Source of the DNA: Eledone cirrhosa
Lineage: Eukaryota
Assembly (NCBI GenBank): GCA_964016885.1
Contig: OZ024753.1
Location: 24,056,001 to 24,120,000, forward strand
Direction: 5' to 3'
Length of the DNA: 64,000 nucleotides
Both the position numbers and the translations under genes were made by a program. The notes under the pieces are model-generated. The model did not search any database, had not been told where the DNA came from, and saw nothing but the letters and a program-made list of their open reading frames with translations. Position 1 is the stretch's first letter. Each line of letters opens with the position of its first letter. This document shows positions 1 through 12,149 of the stretch, one piece after another.

Positions 1-568
1 TAATGTATGTTGTCAAGTCTGTGTTGTGAGGTGTGTATTTTAATGTCTGTTGTTATGTCTGTGGTGTTTGTATTGTAATGTCTGTTGTTATGTCTCTGTT
101 GTGTTGTGTGTATTGAACTGTCCGTTGTTATGTATGTGTTGTGTATATTGTAATGTGTGGTTGTGACTGTGTTGTATGTGTGCATTGCAATGTCTGTTGT
201 TATGTCTATGTTGTGTTGTGTGTATTGTAATGTCTGTTGTTATATCTGTGTTGTGTTGTGTGTATTGTAATGTCTGTTGTTATATCTGTGTTGTGTTGTG
301 TGTATTGTATTGGCTGGTGTCATGTCTGTGTTGTCTGTATTGTAATGTCTGTTGTTATGTCTGTGTTGTGTTGTGGGTATTGTAATGTCTTTTGTTATGT
401 CTGTGTTTTGTTGTATGTATTGTAATGTCTGTTGTTATGTATGTGTTGTGTTGTGGTATGCATTGCAATGTCTGTTGTTATGTCTCTGTTGTGTAGTGTG
501 TATTGAAATGTCTGTTGTTATGTCTGTGTTGTGTGTATTGTAATGTCTGTTGTTATGACTGTGTTGTG
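1..568 (+). repeat. Block duplicated at 2637-3204 (offset 2636 bp)
   Basis: Identical ORF translations at 176/2812, 237/2873 and 352/2988. Rare variants GTCAAGTC, GAACTGTCCG and ATTGGCTGGTGTCATG are shared at the same offset. Confidence 0.92.
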
Positions 569-1674
569 TTGTGTGTATTGTAATGTCTGTTGTTATGTTT
601 ATGTTATGTTGTGTGTATTGTAATGTCTATTGTTTGTCTGTGTTGTGTGTATTGTAATGGCTCTTGTTATGTCTGTGTTGTGTTGTATGTATTGTAATTT
701 CTGTTCTCAAGTCTCTGTTGTGATGGGTGTATTGTAATGTCTGTTGTTATGTCTGTGTTGTGTGTATTGTAACGTGTGTTGTTATGTCTGTGTTGTGTGT
801 ATCGTAATGTCTGTTGTTGTGTCTGTATTTTGTTGTATGTATAGGAATGTCTGTTGTTATGTCTGTGTTGTGTTGTGGTGTGTATTGTAATGTCTGTTGT
901 TATGTCTCTGTTGAGTTGTGTATGTTGAAATGTCTGTTGTTTGTCTATGTTGTGTGTATTGTAATGGCTCTTGTTTCGTATGTGTTGTGTTGTCTGTATT
1001 ACAATTTCTGCTGTCATGTCTATGTTGTGAGGTGTGTATTGTAATGTTTGTTGTTATGTCTGGGTTGTGTGTATTGTAATGTATGTTGTTGTGTCTGTGT
1101 TTCCTTTTGTTTTTTGTAATATATGTAGTTATGTCTGTGTTGTATGTATTGTAATGTCTGTTGTTATGTCTGTGTTGTGTTGTATGTAGTGTAATGTCTC
1201 TTGTTATGTCTGTGTTGTGTGTATGGTAATGTCAGTTGTTATGTCTGTGTTGTGTTGTATGTAGTGTAATGTCTGTTGTTATGTCTGTGTTGTGTGTATC
1301 GTAATGTCTGTTGTTATGAATGTATCGTGTGTATTGTAATGACGGTTGTTATGTTTGTGTTGTGTTGTGTGTATTGTAATGTCTGTTGTTATGTCTCCGT
1401 TGTGCGTATTTTGATGCTTGTTGTTATGTCTATGATGTGTGTACTTTAATGTATGTCGTTATGTCTGTGTTGTTTTGTATGTATTTTAATGTATATTGTT
1501 ATGTCTGTGTTGTGTTGTGTATTGTAATGTCTGTTGTTATGTTTGTATTATGTTGTATGTACTGTAATGTATGTTGTTATGTCTGTGTTGTGTGTATTGT
1601 AATGTCTGTTGTTATATCTGTGTTGTGTGTATTGTAATGTCTGTTGTTAAGTGTGTGTTGTGTTGTCTGTATTG
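541..1674 (+). repeat. Block duplicated at ~8954-10087 (offset 8413 bp)
   Basis: Identical ORF translations at 667/9080, 814/9227 and 1386/9799. Private variants TTCTCAAGTCTC, ATAGGAATG, TTTCCTTTTG and TTTTGATGCTTG are shared. Confidence 0.92.
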
Positions 1675-4600
1675 AAATGTCTGTTGTTATGTCTGTGGTG
1701 TGTGTATCGTAATGTCTGTGGTTATGTAAGTGTTGTGTTGTGTGGATTGTAATGTCTGTTGTTATGTTGTGATGTGTATATTGTAATGTCTGTTGTTATA
1801 TCTGTGTTATGTGTATTTTAATGCCTCTTGTTATGTCTGTGTTGTGTTGTATGTATTGCAATTGCTGTTGTCATGTCTGTGTTGTGATGTGTTCATTTAA
1901 TGTCTGTTGTTATGTCTGTAGTTTATGTAGTGTAATGTCTGTTGTTATGTCTGTGTTGTATATATTGTAATGTGTGTTGTTATATCTGTGTTGTGTGTAT
2001 TGTAATGTCTGTTTTTATGTCTGGGTTGTGTGTATTGTAATGTCTGTGTCATGTCTGTGTTGTGTTGTATCTATTTTAATGTATGTTGTTATGTCTGTGT
2101 TGTGTTGTATGTAATGTAATGTCTGTTGTTATGTCTGTGTTGTATGTAGTGTAATGTCTGTTGTTATGTCTGTGTTGTGTGTATTGTAATGTCAGTTGTT
2201 ATGTCTGTGTTGTGTTGTATGTAATGTAATATCTGTTGTTATGTCTGTGTTGTGTGTATTGTAATGTCTGTTGTTATGAATGTATCGTGTGTATGGTAAT
2301 GACGGTTGTTATGTTTGTGTTGTGTTGTGTGTATTGTAATGTCTGCTGTTATGTCTGCGTTGTGCGTATTATAATGTCTGTTGTTATGTATATGCTGTGT
2401 GTACTTTAATGTATATATTTATGTCTTTGTTTTGTTGTATGTATTTTAATGTATATTGTTATGTCTGTGTTGTGTTGTGTGTATTGTAATGTATGTTGTT
2501 ATGTCTGTGGTGTGTGTATTGTAATGTCTGTTGTTATGTCTTTGTTGTGTTGCGTGTATTGTAATTTCTGTTGTTATGTATGTATGATGTTGTTTGTATT
2601 GTAATGTCTGTTGTTATGTCTGTGTTGTGTGTATTGTAATGTATGTTGTCAAGTCTGTGTTGTGAGGTGTGTATTTTAATGTCTGTTGTTATGTCTGTGG
2701 TGTTTGTATTGTAATGTCTGTTGTTATGTCTCTGTTGTGTTGTGTGTATTGAACTGTCCGTTGTTATGTATGTGTTGTGTATATTGTAATGTGTGGTTGT
2801 GACTGTGTTGTATGTGTGCATTGCAATGTCTGTTGTTATGTCTATGTTGTGTTGTGTGTATTGTAATGTCTGTTGTTATATCTGTGTTGTGTTGTGTGTA
2901 TTGTAATGTCTGTTGTTATATCTGTGTTGTGTTGTGTGTATTGTATTGGCTGGTGTCATGTCTGTGTTGTCTGTATTGTAATGTCTGTTGTTATGTCTGT
3001 GTTGTGTTGTGGGTATTGTAATGTCTTTTGTTATGTCTGTGTTTTGTTGTATGTATTGTAATGTCTGTTGTTATGTATGTGTTGTGTTGTGGTATGCATT
3101 GCAATGTCTGTTGTTATGTCTCTGTTGTGTAGTGTGTATTGAAATGTCTGTTGTTATGTCTGTGTTGTGTGTATTGTAATGTCTGTTGTTATGACTGTGT
3201 TGTGTGTATTGTAATTACTCTTATTATGTCTGTGTTGTGGTGTATGTATTGTAATTTATGTTGTCATGTCTGTGTTGTGATGTGTGCATTGTAATATCCA
3301 TTGTTATGTCTGTGTTGTGTTTTGTTTTTTGTAATGTATGTTATGTCTGTGTTGTGTTGTATGTAGTGTAATGTCTCTTGTTATGTCTGTGTTGTATGTA
3401 GAGTAATGTCTGTTGTTATTTCTGTGTTGTGCGTATTGTAATGTCTGTTGTTATGACTGTATCGTGTGTATTGTAATGACGGTTGTTATGCTTGTGTTGT
3501 GTTGTGTTTATTGTAATGTCTGCTGTTATGTCTGCGTTGTGCGTATTTTAATGTCTGTTGTTATGTCTATGCTGTATCTGCTTTAATGTCTGTGTTGTGT
3601 TGTATGTATTTTAATGTCTGTTGTTATGTTTGTGTTATGTTGTATGTACTGTAATGTCTGTTGTTATGTCTGTGTTGTGTGTATTGTAATGTTTGCTGTT
3701 ATGTCTGTGTTGTGTTGTGGTGTGTATCGTAATGTTTGTGGTTATGTCTCTGTTGTGTTGTGTGTATTGAAATGTCTGTTGTTATGTCTGTGTTGTGTGT
3801 ATTGTAATGTCTGTGGTTATGTATGTGTTGTGTTGTGTGTATTGTAATGTCTGTTTTTATGTCTATGTTGTGTTGTGTATATTGTAATGTCTGTTGTTAT
3901 GTCTGTGTTGTGTGTATTGTAATGGCTCTTGTTAAGTCTGTGTTGTGTTGTATGTATTGCAATTTCTGTTGTCATGTCAATGTTGTGATGCGTGTATTGT
4001 AATGTCTGTTGTTATATCTGTGTTGTGTTGATTGTATTTTAATGTCTGTTGCTATGTCTGTGTGGTGTTGTATGTAATGTAATATCTGGTGTTATGTCTG
4101 CGTTGTGCTGTATGTAGTGTAATGTCTCTTGTTATGTCTGTATTGTGTTTATTGTAATGTCACTTGTTATGTCTGTGATGTGTTGTGTGTATTGTAATGT
4201 ATGTTGTTATGTGTGTGTTGTGTTGTGTGTATTGTAATGGCTGTTGTTATATCTGTGTTGTGTTGAGTGTATTGTATTGTCTGGGGTTATGTATGTGTTG
4301 TGTGTATTGTAATGTCTGCTGTTATGTCTGTGTTGTGTGTATTGTAATGGCTCTTGTTATGTCTGTGTTGTGTTGTATGTATTGTAATGTCTGTTGTCAT
4401 GTCCGTGTTGTGATGTGTGTATTGTAATGTCTGTTATTATGTCTGTGTTGTGTGTATTGTAATGTCTGTTGTTATGTCTTTGTTGTGTGTATTGTAATGT
4501 CTATTGTTATGTCTGCGTTTTGTTGTATGAATTGTAATGTCTGTTGTTATGTCTGTGGTGTGTTGTGTGTATTGTAATGTCTGTTGTTATATCTGTGTTG

Positions 4601-7600
4601 TATGTATTGTGATGTCTGTTGTTATATCTGTGTTGTGTTGTGTAGTTTAATGTCTGTTGTTATGTATGTGTTGTGCTGTATGTATTGTAATGTCTGTTGT
4701 TATGACTGTGTTGGGTTATGTGTATTGTAATGTCTGTTGTGATGTAAGTGTTGTGTTGCGTGTATTGTAATGTCTGTTGTTGTTTATGTTGTGTTGTGTG
4801 TATTGTAATGTCTATTGTTTGTCTGTGTTGTGTGTATTGTAATGGCTCTTGCTATGTCTGTGTTGTGTTGTATGTATTGTAATTTATGTTCTCGTGTCTC
4901 TGTTGTGATGTGTGTATTGTAATGTCTGTTGTTATATCTGTGTTGTGTGTATTGTAATGTGTGTTGTTATGTCTGTGTTGTGTGTATTGTAATGTCTGTT
5001 GTTATGTCTGTATTTTGTTGTATGTATTGGAATGTCTGTTGTTATGTCTGTGTTGTGTTGTGGTGTGTATTGTAATGTCTGTTGTTATGTCTCTGTTAAG
5101 TTGTGTATGTTGAAATGTCTGTTGTTTGTCTGTGTTGTCTGTATTGTAATGGCTCTTGTTACGTATGTGTTGTGTTGTCTGTATTACAATTTCTGCTGTC
5201 ATGTCTATGTTGTGAGGTGTGTATTGTAATGTTTGTTGTTATGTCTGGGTTGTGTGTATTGTAATGTATGTTGTTATGTCTGTGTTTCGTTTTGTTTTTT
5301 GTAATATATGTAGTTATGTCTGTGTTGTATGTATTGTAATGCCTGTTGTTATGTCTGTGTTGTGTTGTATGTAGTGTAATGTCTCTTGTTATGTCTGTGT
5401 TGTGTTGTATGTATTGCAATTACTGTTGTCATGTCTATGTTGTGAGGTGTGTATTGTAATGTCTGTTGTTATGTCTGGGTTGTGTGTATTGTAATGTATG
5501 TTGTTATGTCTGTGTTGTGTTGTATGTATTGTAATGTCTCTTGTTATGTCTGTGTTGTGTGTATGGTAATGTCAGTTGTTATGTGTGTGTCGTGTTGTAT
5601 GTAGTGTAATGTCCGTTGTTATGTCTGTGTTCTGTGTATTGTAATGTCTGTTGTTATGACTGTATCGTGTGTATTGTAATGACGGTTGTTATGTTTGTGT
5701 TGTGTTGTGTGTATTGTAATTGATCTTGTTATGTCTGTGTTGTGCGTATTTTAATGCCTGTTGTTATGTCTATGATGTGTGTACTTTAATGTATGCCGTT
5801 ATGCCTGTGTTGTTTTGTATGTATTTTAATGTGGTGTGTGTATCGTAATGTCTGTGATTATGTAAGTGTTGTGTTGTGTGCATTGTAATGTCTGTTGTTA
5901 TGTCTATGTTGTGTATATTGTAATGTCTGTTGTTATATCTGTGTTATGTGTATTTCAATGCCTCTTGTTATGTCTGTGTTGTGTTGTATGTATTGCAATT
6001 TCTGTTGTCATGTCTGTGTTGTGATGTGTGCATTGTAATGTCTGTTGTTATGTCTGTGTTTTATGTAGTGTAATGTCTGTTGTTATGTCTGTGTTGTATA
6101 TATTGTAATGTGTGTTGTTATATCTGTGTTGTGTGTATTGTAATGTCTGTTGTTATGTCTTGGTTGTGTGTATTGTAATGTCTGTGTCATGTCTGTGTTT
6201 TGTTGTATCTATTTTAATGTATGTTGTTATGTCTGTGTTGTGTTGTATGTAATGTAATGGCTGTTGTTATGTCTGTGTTGTGTGTATTGTAATGTCTGTT
6301 GTTATGAATGTATCGTGTGTATTGTAATGACGGTTGTTATGTTTGTGTTGTGTTGTGTGTATTGTAATGTCTGCTGTTATGTCTGCGTTGTGCGTATTAT
6401 AATGTCTGTTGTTATGTCTATGCTGTATGTACTTTAATGTACATCTTTATGTCTTTGTTTTGTTGTATGTATTTTAATGTATATTGTTATGTCTGTGTTG
6501 TGTTGTGTGTATTGTAATGTATGTTGTTATGTCTGTGGTGTGTGTATTGTAATGTCTGTTGTTATGTCTTTGTTGTGTTGCGTGTATTGTAATTTCTGTT
6601 GTTATGTCTGTGTGGTGTTGTTTGTATTGTAATGTCTGTTGTTATGTCTGTGTTGTGTTGTGTGTATTGTAATTTCTGTTGTTATGTCTGTGTGGTGTTG
6701 TTTGTATTGTAATGTCTGTTGTTATGTCTGTGTTGTGTGTATTGTAATGTCTGTTGTCAAGTCTGTGTTGTGAGGTGTGTAATTTAATGTCTGTTGTTAT
6801 GTCTGTGTTGTGTGTATTGTAATGTTTGTTGTTATGTCTGTGTTGTGTGTATTGTAATGTCTTTTGTTGTGTCTGTATTGTGTTGTATGTATTGGAATGT
6901 CTGTTGTTATGTCTGTGTTGTGTTGTGGTGTGTATTGTAATGTCTGTTGTTATGTCTCTGTTGAGTTGTGTATGTTGAAATGTCTGTTGTTTGTCTGTGT
7001 TGTGTGTATTGTAATGGCTCTTGTTACGTATGTGTTGTGTTGTCTGTATTACAATTTCTGCTGTCATGTCTATGTTGTGAGGTGTGTATTGTAATGTTTG
7101 TTGTTATGTCTGGGTTGTGTGTATTGTAATGTATGTTGTTATGTCTGTGTTTCGTTTTGTTTTTTGTAATATATGTAGTTATGTCTGTGTTGTATGTATT
7201 GTAATGTCTGTTGTTATGTCTGTGTTGTGTGTATTGTAATGTGCGTTTGTGCCTGTGTTGTATGTGTGCATTGCAATGTCTGTTGTTATGTCTATGTTGT
7301 GTTGTGTGTATTGTAATGTCTGTTGTTATATCTGTGTTGTGTGTGTGTATTGTAATGTCTGTTGTTATATCTGTGTTGTGTTGTGGTTATTGTAATGTCT
7401 TTTGTTATTTCTGTGTTTTGTTGTATGTATTGTAATGTCTGTTGTTATGTATGTGTTGTGTTGTGGTATGTATTTCGATGTCTGTTGTTATGTCACTGTT
7501 GTGTAGTGTGTATTGAAATGTCTGTTGTTATGTCTGTGTTGTGTGTATTGTAATGTCTGTTGTTATGTCTATGTTGTGTTGTGTATATTGTAATGTCTGT

Positions 7601-10600
7601 TGTTATGACTGTGTTGTGTGTATTGTAATTACTCTTATTATGTCTGTGTTGTGTTGTATGTATTGCAATTTCTGTTGTCATGTCTGTGTTGTGATGTATG
7701 TAGTGTAATGTCTCTTGTTATGTCTGTGTTGTGTGTATTGTAATGTCAGTTGTTATATCTGTGTTGTGTTGTATGTACTGCCATGTCTGTTGTCATGTCT
7801 CTGTTGTGTTGTATGTAGTGTAATGTCTGTTGTTATGTCTGTGTTGTGCGTATTGTAATGTCTGTTGTTATGATTGTATCGTGTGTATTGTAATGACGGT
7901 TGTTATGCTTGTGTTGTGTTGTGTGTATTGTAATGTCTCTGTTATGTCTGCGTTGTGCGTATTTTAATGTCTGTTGTTATGTCTATGCTGTATCTGCTTT
8001 AATGTCTCTGTTGTGTTGTATGTATTTTAATGTCTGTTGTTATGTTTGTGTTATGTTGTATGTACTGTAATGTCTGTTGTTATGTCTGTGTTGTGTGTAT
8101 TGTAATGTTTGCTGTTATGTCTGTGTTGTGTTGTGGTGTGTATCGTAATGTCTGTGGTTATGTCCCTGTTGTGTTGTGTGTATTGAAATGTCTGTTGTTA
8201 TGTCTCTGTTGTGTGTATTGTAATGTCTGTGGTTATGTATGTGTTGTGTTGTGTGTATTGTAATGTCTGTTTTTATGTCTATGTTGTGTTGTGTATATTG
8301 TATTGTCTGTTGTTATGTCTGTGTTGTGTGTATTGTAATGGCTCTTGTTAAGTCTGTGTTGTGTTGTATGTATTGCAATTTCTGTTGTCATGTCAATGTT
8401 GTGATGTGTGTATTGTAATGTATGTTGTTATGTCTGTGTTGTGTTGATTATATTTTAATGTCTGTTGCTATGTCTGTGTGGTGTTGTATGTAATGTAATG
8501 TCTGGTGTTATGTCTGCGTTGTGTTGTATGTAGTGTAATGTCTCTTGTTATGTCTGTGTTGTGTGTATTGTAATGTCACTTGTTATGTCTGTGATGTGTT
8601 GTGTGTATAGTAATGTCTGTTGTTATGTTTGTGTTGTGTTGTGTGTATTGTAATGTATGTTGTCATGTCTGTGTTGTGATGTGTTTATTGTAATGTCTGT
8701 TATTATGTCTGTGTTGTGTGTATTGTAATGTCTGTGGTTATGTCTTTGTTGTGTGTATTGTAATGTCTATTGTTATGTCTGCGTTTTGTTGTATGAATTG
8801 TAATGTCTGTTGTTATGTCTGTGGTGTGTTGTGTGTATTGTAATGTCTGTTGTTATATCTGTGTTGTATGTATTGTGATGTCTGTTGTTATATCTGTGTT
8901 GTGTTGTGTAGTTTAATGTCTGTTGTTATGTATGTGTTGTGCTGTATGTATTGTAATGTCTGTTGTTATGACTGTGTTGTGTTGTGTGTATTGTAATGTC
9001 TGTTGTTATGTTTATGTTGTGTTGTGTGTATTGTAATGTCTATTGTTTGTCTGTGTTGTGTGTATTGTAATGGCTCTTGTTATGTCTGTGTTGTGTTGTA
9101 TGTATTGTAATTTCTGTTCTCAAGTCTCTGTTGTGATGGGTGTATTGTAATGTCTGTTGTTATGTCTGTGTTGTGTGTATTGTAACGTGTGTTGTTATGT
9201 CTGTGTTGTGTGTATCGTAATGTCTGTTGTTGTGTCTGTATTTTGTTGTATGTATAGGAATGTCTGTTGTTATGTCTGTGTTGTGTTGTGGTGTGTATTG
9301 TAATGTCTGTTGTTATGTCTCTGTTGAGTTGTGTATGTTGAAATGTCTGTTGTTTGTCTATGTTGTGTGTATTGTAATGGCTCTTGTTTCGTATGTGTTG
9401 TGTTGTCTGTATTACAATTTCTGCTGTCATGTCTATGTTGTGAGGTGTGTATTGTAATGTTTGTTGTTATGTCTGGGTTGTGTGTATTGTAATGTATGTT
9501 GTTGTGTCTGTGTTTCCTTTTGTTTTTTGTAATATATGTAGTTATGTCTGTGTTGTATGTATTGTAATGTCTGTTGTTATGTCTGTGTTGTGTTGTATGT
9601 AGTGTAATGTCTCTTGTTATGTCTGTGTTGTGTGTATGGTAATGTCAGTTGTTATGTCTGTGTTGTGTTGTATGTAGTGTAATGTCTGTTGTTATGTCTG
9701 TGTTGTGTGTATCGTAATGTCTGTTGTTATGAATGTATCGTGTGTATTGTAATGACGGTTGTTATGTTTGTGTTGTGTTGTGTGTATTGTAATGTCTGTT
9801 GTTATGTCTCCGTTGTGCGTATTTTGATGCTTGTTGTTATGTCTATGATGTGTGTACTTTAATGTATGTCGTTATGTCTGTGTTGTTTTGTATGTATTTT
9901 AATGTATATTGTTATGTCTGTGTTGTGTTGTGTATTGTAATGTCTGTTGTTATGTTTGTATTATGTTGTATGTACTGTAATGTATGTTGTTATGTCTGTG
10001 TTGTGTGTATTGTAATGTCTGTTGTTATATCTGTGTTGTGTGTATTGTAATGTCTGTTGTTAAGTGTGTGTTGTGTTGTCTGTATTGTAATGTCTGTTGT
10101 TATATCTGTGTTGTGTTGTGTGTATTGTATTGCCTGGTATTATGTCCGTGTTGTGTGTATTGTAATGTCTGTTGTTATGTCTGTGTTGTGTTGTGGGTAT
10201 TGTAATGTCTGTTGTTATGTCTGTGTTGTGTGTATTGTAATGTCTTTTGTTATGTCTGTGTTTTGTTGTATGTATGGTAATGACTGTTGTTATGTCTGTG
10301 TTGTGTTGTGGTATGTATTGTAATGTCTGTTGTTATGTCTGTGGTGTGTGTATTGTAATGTCTGTGGTTATGTAAGTGTTGTGTTGTGTGACTTGTAATG
10401 TCCGTTGTTATGTCTATGTTGTGTTGTGTATATTGTAATGTCTGTTGTTATATCTGTGTTATGTGTATTTCAATGCCTCCTGTTAGTCTGTGTTGTGTTG
10501 TATGTATTGCAATTTCAGTTGACATGTCTGTGTTGTGATGTGTGCATTGCAATGTCTGTTGTTATGTCTGTGTTTTATGTATTGTATTGTGTGTTGTTAT

Positions 10601-11300
10601 ATCTGTGTTGTGTGTATTGTAATGTCTGTTGTTATGTCTGGGTTGTGTGCATTGTAATGTCTGTGTTATGTCTGGGTTGTGTTGTATCTATTTAAATGTA
10701 TGTTGTTATGTCTGTGTTGTGTTGTATGTAATGTAATGTCTGTTGTTATGTCTGTGTTGTATGTAGTGTAATGTATGTTGTTATGACTGTGTTGTGTGTA
10801 TTGTAATGTCAGTTGTTATGTCTGTGTTGCGTTGTATGTACTGTAATGTCTGTTAATATGTCTGTGTTGTGTGTATTGTAATGTCTGTTGTTATGACTGT
10901 ATCGTGTGTATTGTAATGACGGTTGTTATGCTTGTGTTGTGTTGTGTGTATTGTAATGTCTGCTGTTATGTCTGCGTTGTGCGTATTTTAATGTCTGTTG
11001 TTATGTCTATGCTGTATCTGCTTTAATGTCTGTGTTGTGTTGTATGTATTTTAATGTCTGTTGTTATGTTTGTGTTATGTTGTATGTACTGTAATGTCTG
11101 TTGTTATGTCTGTGTTGTGTGTATTGTAATGTTTGCTGTTATGTCTGTGTTGTGTTGTGGTGTGTATTGTAATGTCAGTGGTTATGTCTCTGTTGTGTTG
11201 TGTGTATTGAAATGTCTGTTGTTATGTCTGTGTTGTGTGTATCGTAATGTCTGTTGTTATGACTGTATCGTGTGTATTGTAATGACGGTTGTTATGTTTG
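600..11300 (+). repeat. Diverged ~4.2-4.4 kb higher-order repeat domain
   Basis: Related blocks occur at 814, 4999 and 9227 (spacings 4185, 4228) with an extra partial copy at 6864. Other related blocks are 3614/8030 (4416, partial third copy at 11054) and ATGCCTC at ~1821/5958/10473. Confidence 0.7.
6560..6720 (+). repeat. Local 80-bp (two-monomer) tandem duplication
   Basis: AATTTCTGTTGTTATGTCTGTGTGGTGTTGTTTGTATTG occurs at both 6591 and 6671. Confidence 0.8.
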
Positions 11301-12149
11301 TGTTGTGTTGTGTGTATTGTAATGTCTGTTGTTATGTCTCCGTTGTGCGTATTTTGATGCCTGTTGTTATGTCTATGATGTGTGTACGTTAATGTATGTC
11401 GTTATGTCTGTGTTGTTTTGTATGTATTTTAATGTATATTGTTATGTCTGTGTTGTGTTGTGTATTGTAATGTCTGTTGTTATGTTTGTATTATGTTGTA
11501 TGTACTGTAATGTATGTTGTTATGTCTGTGTTGTGTGTATTGTAATGTCTGTTGTTATATCTGTGTTGTGTGTATTGTAATGTCTGTTGTTATGTCTGTG
11601 TTGTGTTGTGTGTATTGTAATGTCTGTTGTTATATCTGTGTTGTGTTGTGTGTATTGTATTGTCTGTGTTATGTCTGTGTTGTGTTGTATCTATTTTAAT
11701 GTATGTTGTTATGTCTGTGTTGTGTTGTATGTAATGTAATGTCTGTTGTTATGTCTGTGTTGTATGTAGTGTAATGTCTGTTGTTATGTCTGTGTTGTGT
11801 GTATTGTAATGTCATTTGTTATGTCTGTGTTGTGTTGTATGTACTGTAATGTCTGTTGATATGTCTGTGTTGTGTGTATTGTAATGTCTGTTGTTATGAA
11901 TGTATCATGTGTATTGTAATGACGGTTGTTATGTTTGTGTTGTGTTGTGTGTATTGTAATGTCTGCTGTTATGTCTGCGTTGTGCGTATTATAATGTCTG
12001 TTGTTATGTCTATGCTGTATGTATTTTAATGTATATTGTTATGTCTGTGTTGTGTTGTGTGTATTTTAAAGTATGTTGTTATGTCTGTGGTGTGTGTATT
12101 GTAATGTCTGTTGTTATGTCTGTGTGGTGATGTTTGTATTGTAATGTCT

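Noticed and set aside
1323-1346. Possible CENP-B box in TATCGTGTGTATTGTAATGACGG
   Set aside because: The canonical box is TTCGnnnnAnnCGGG. Here the two CpGs are too far apart and the TTCG/CGGG cores do not match.
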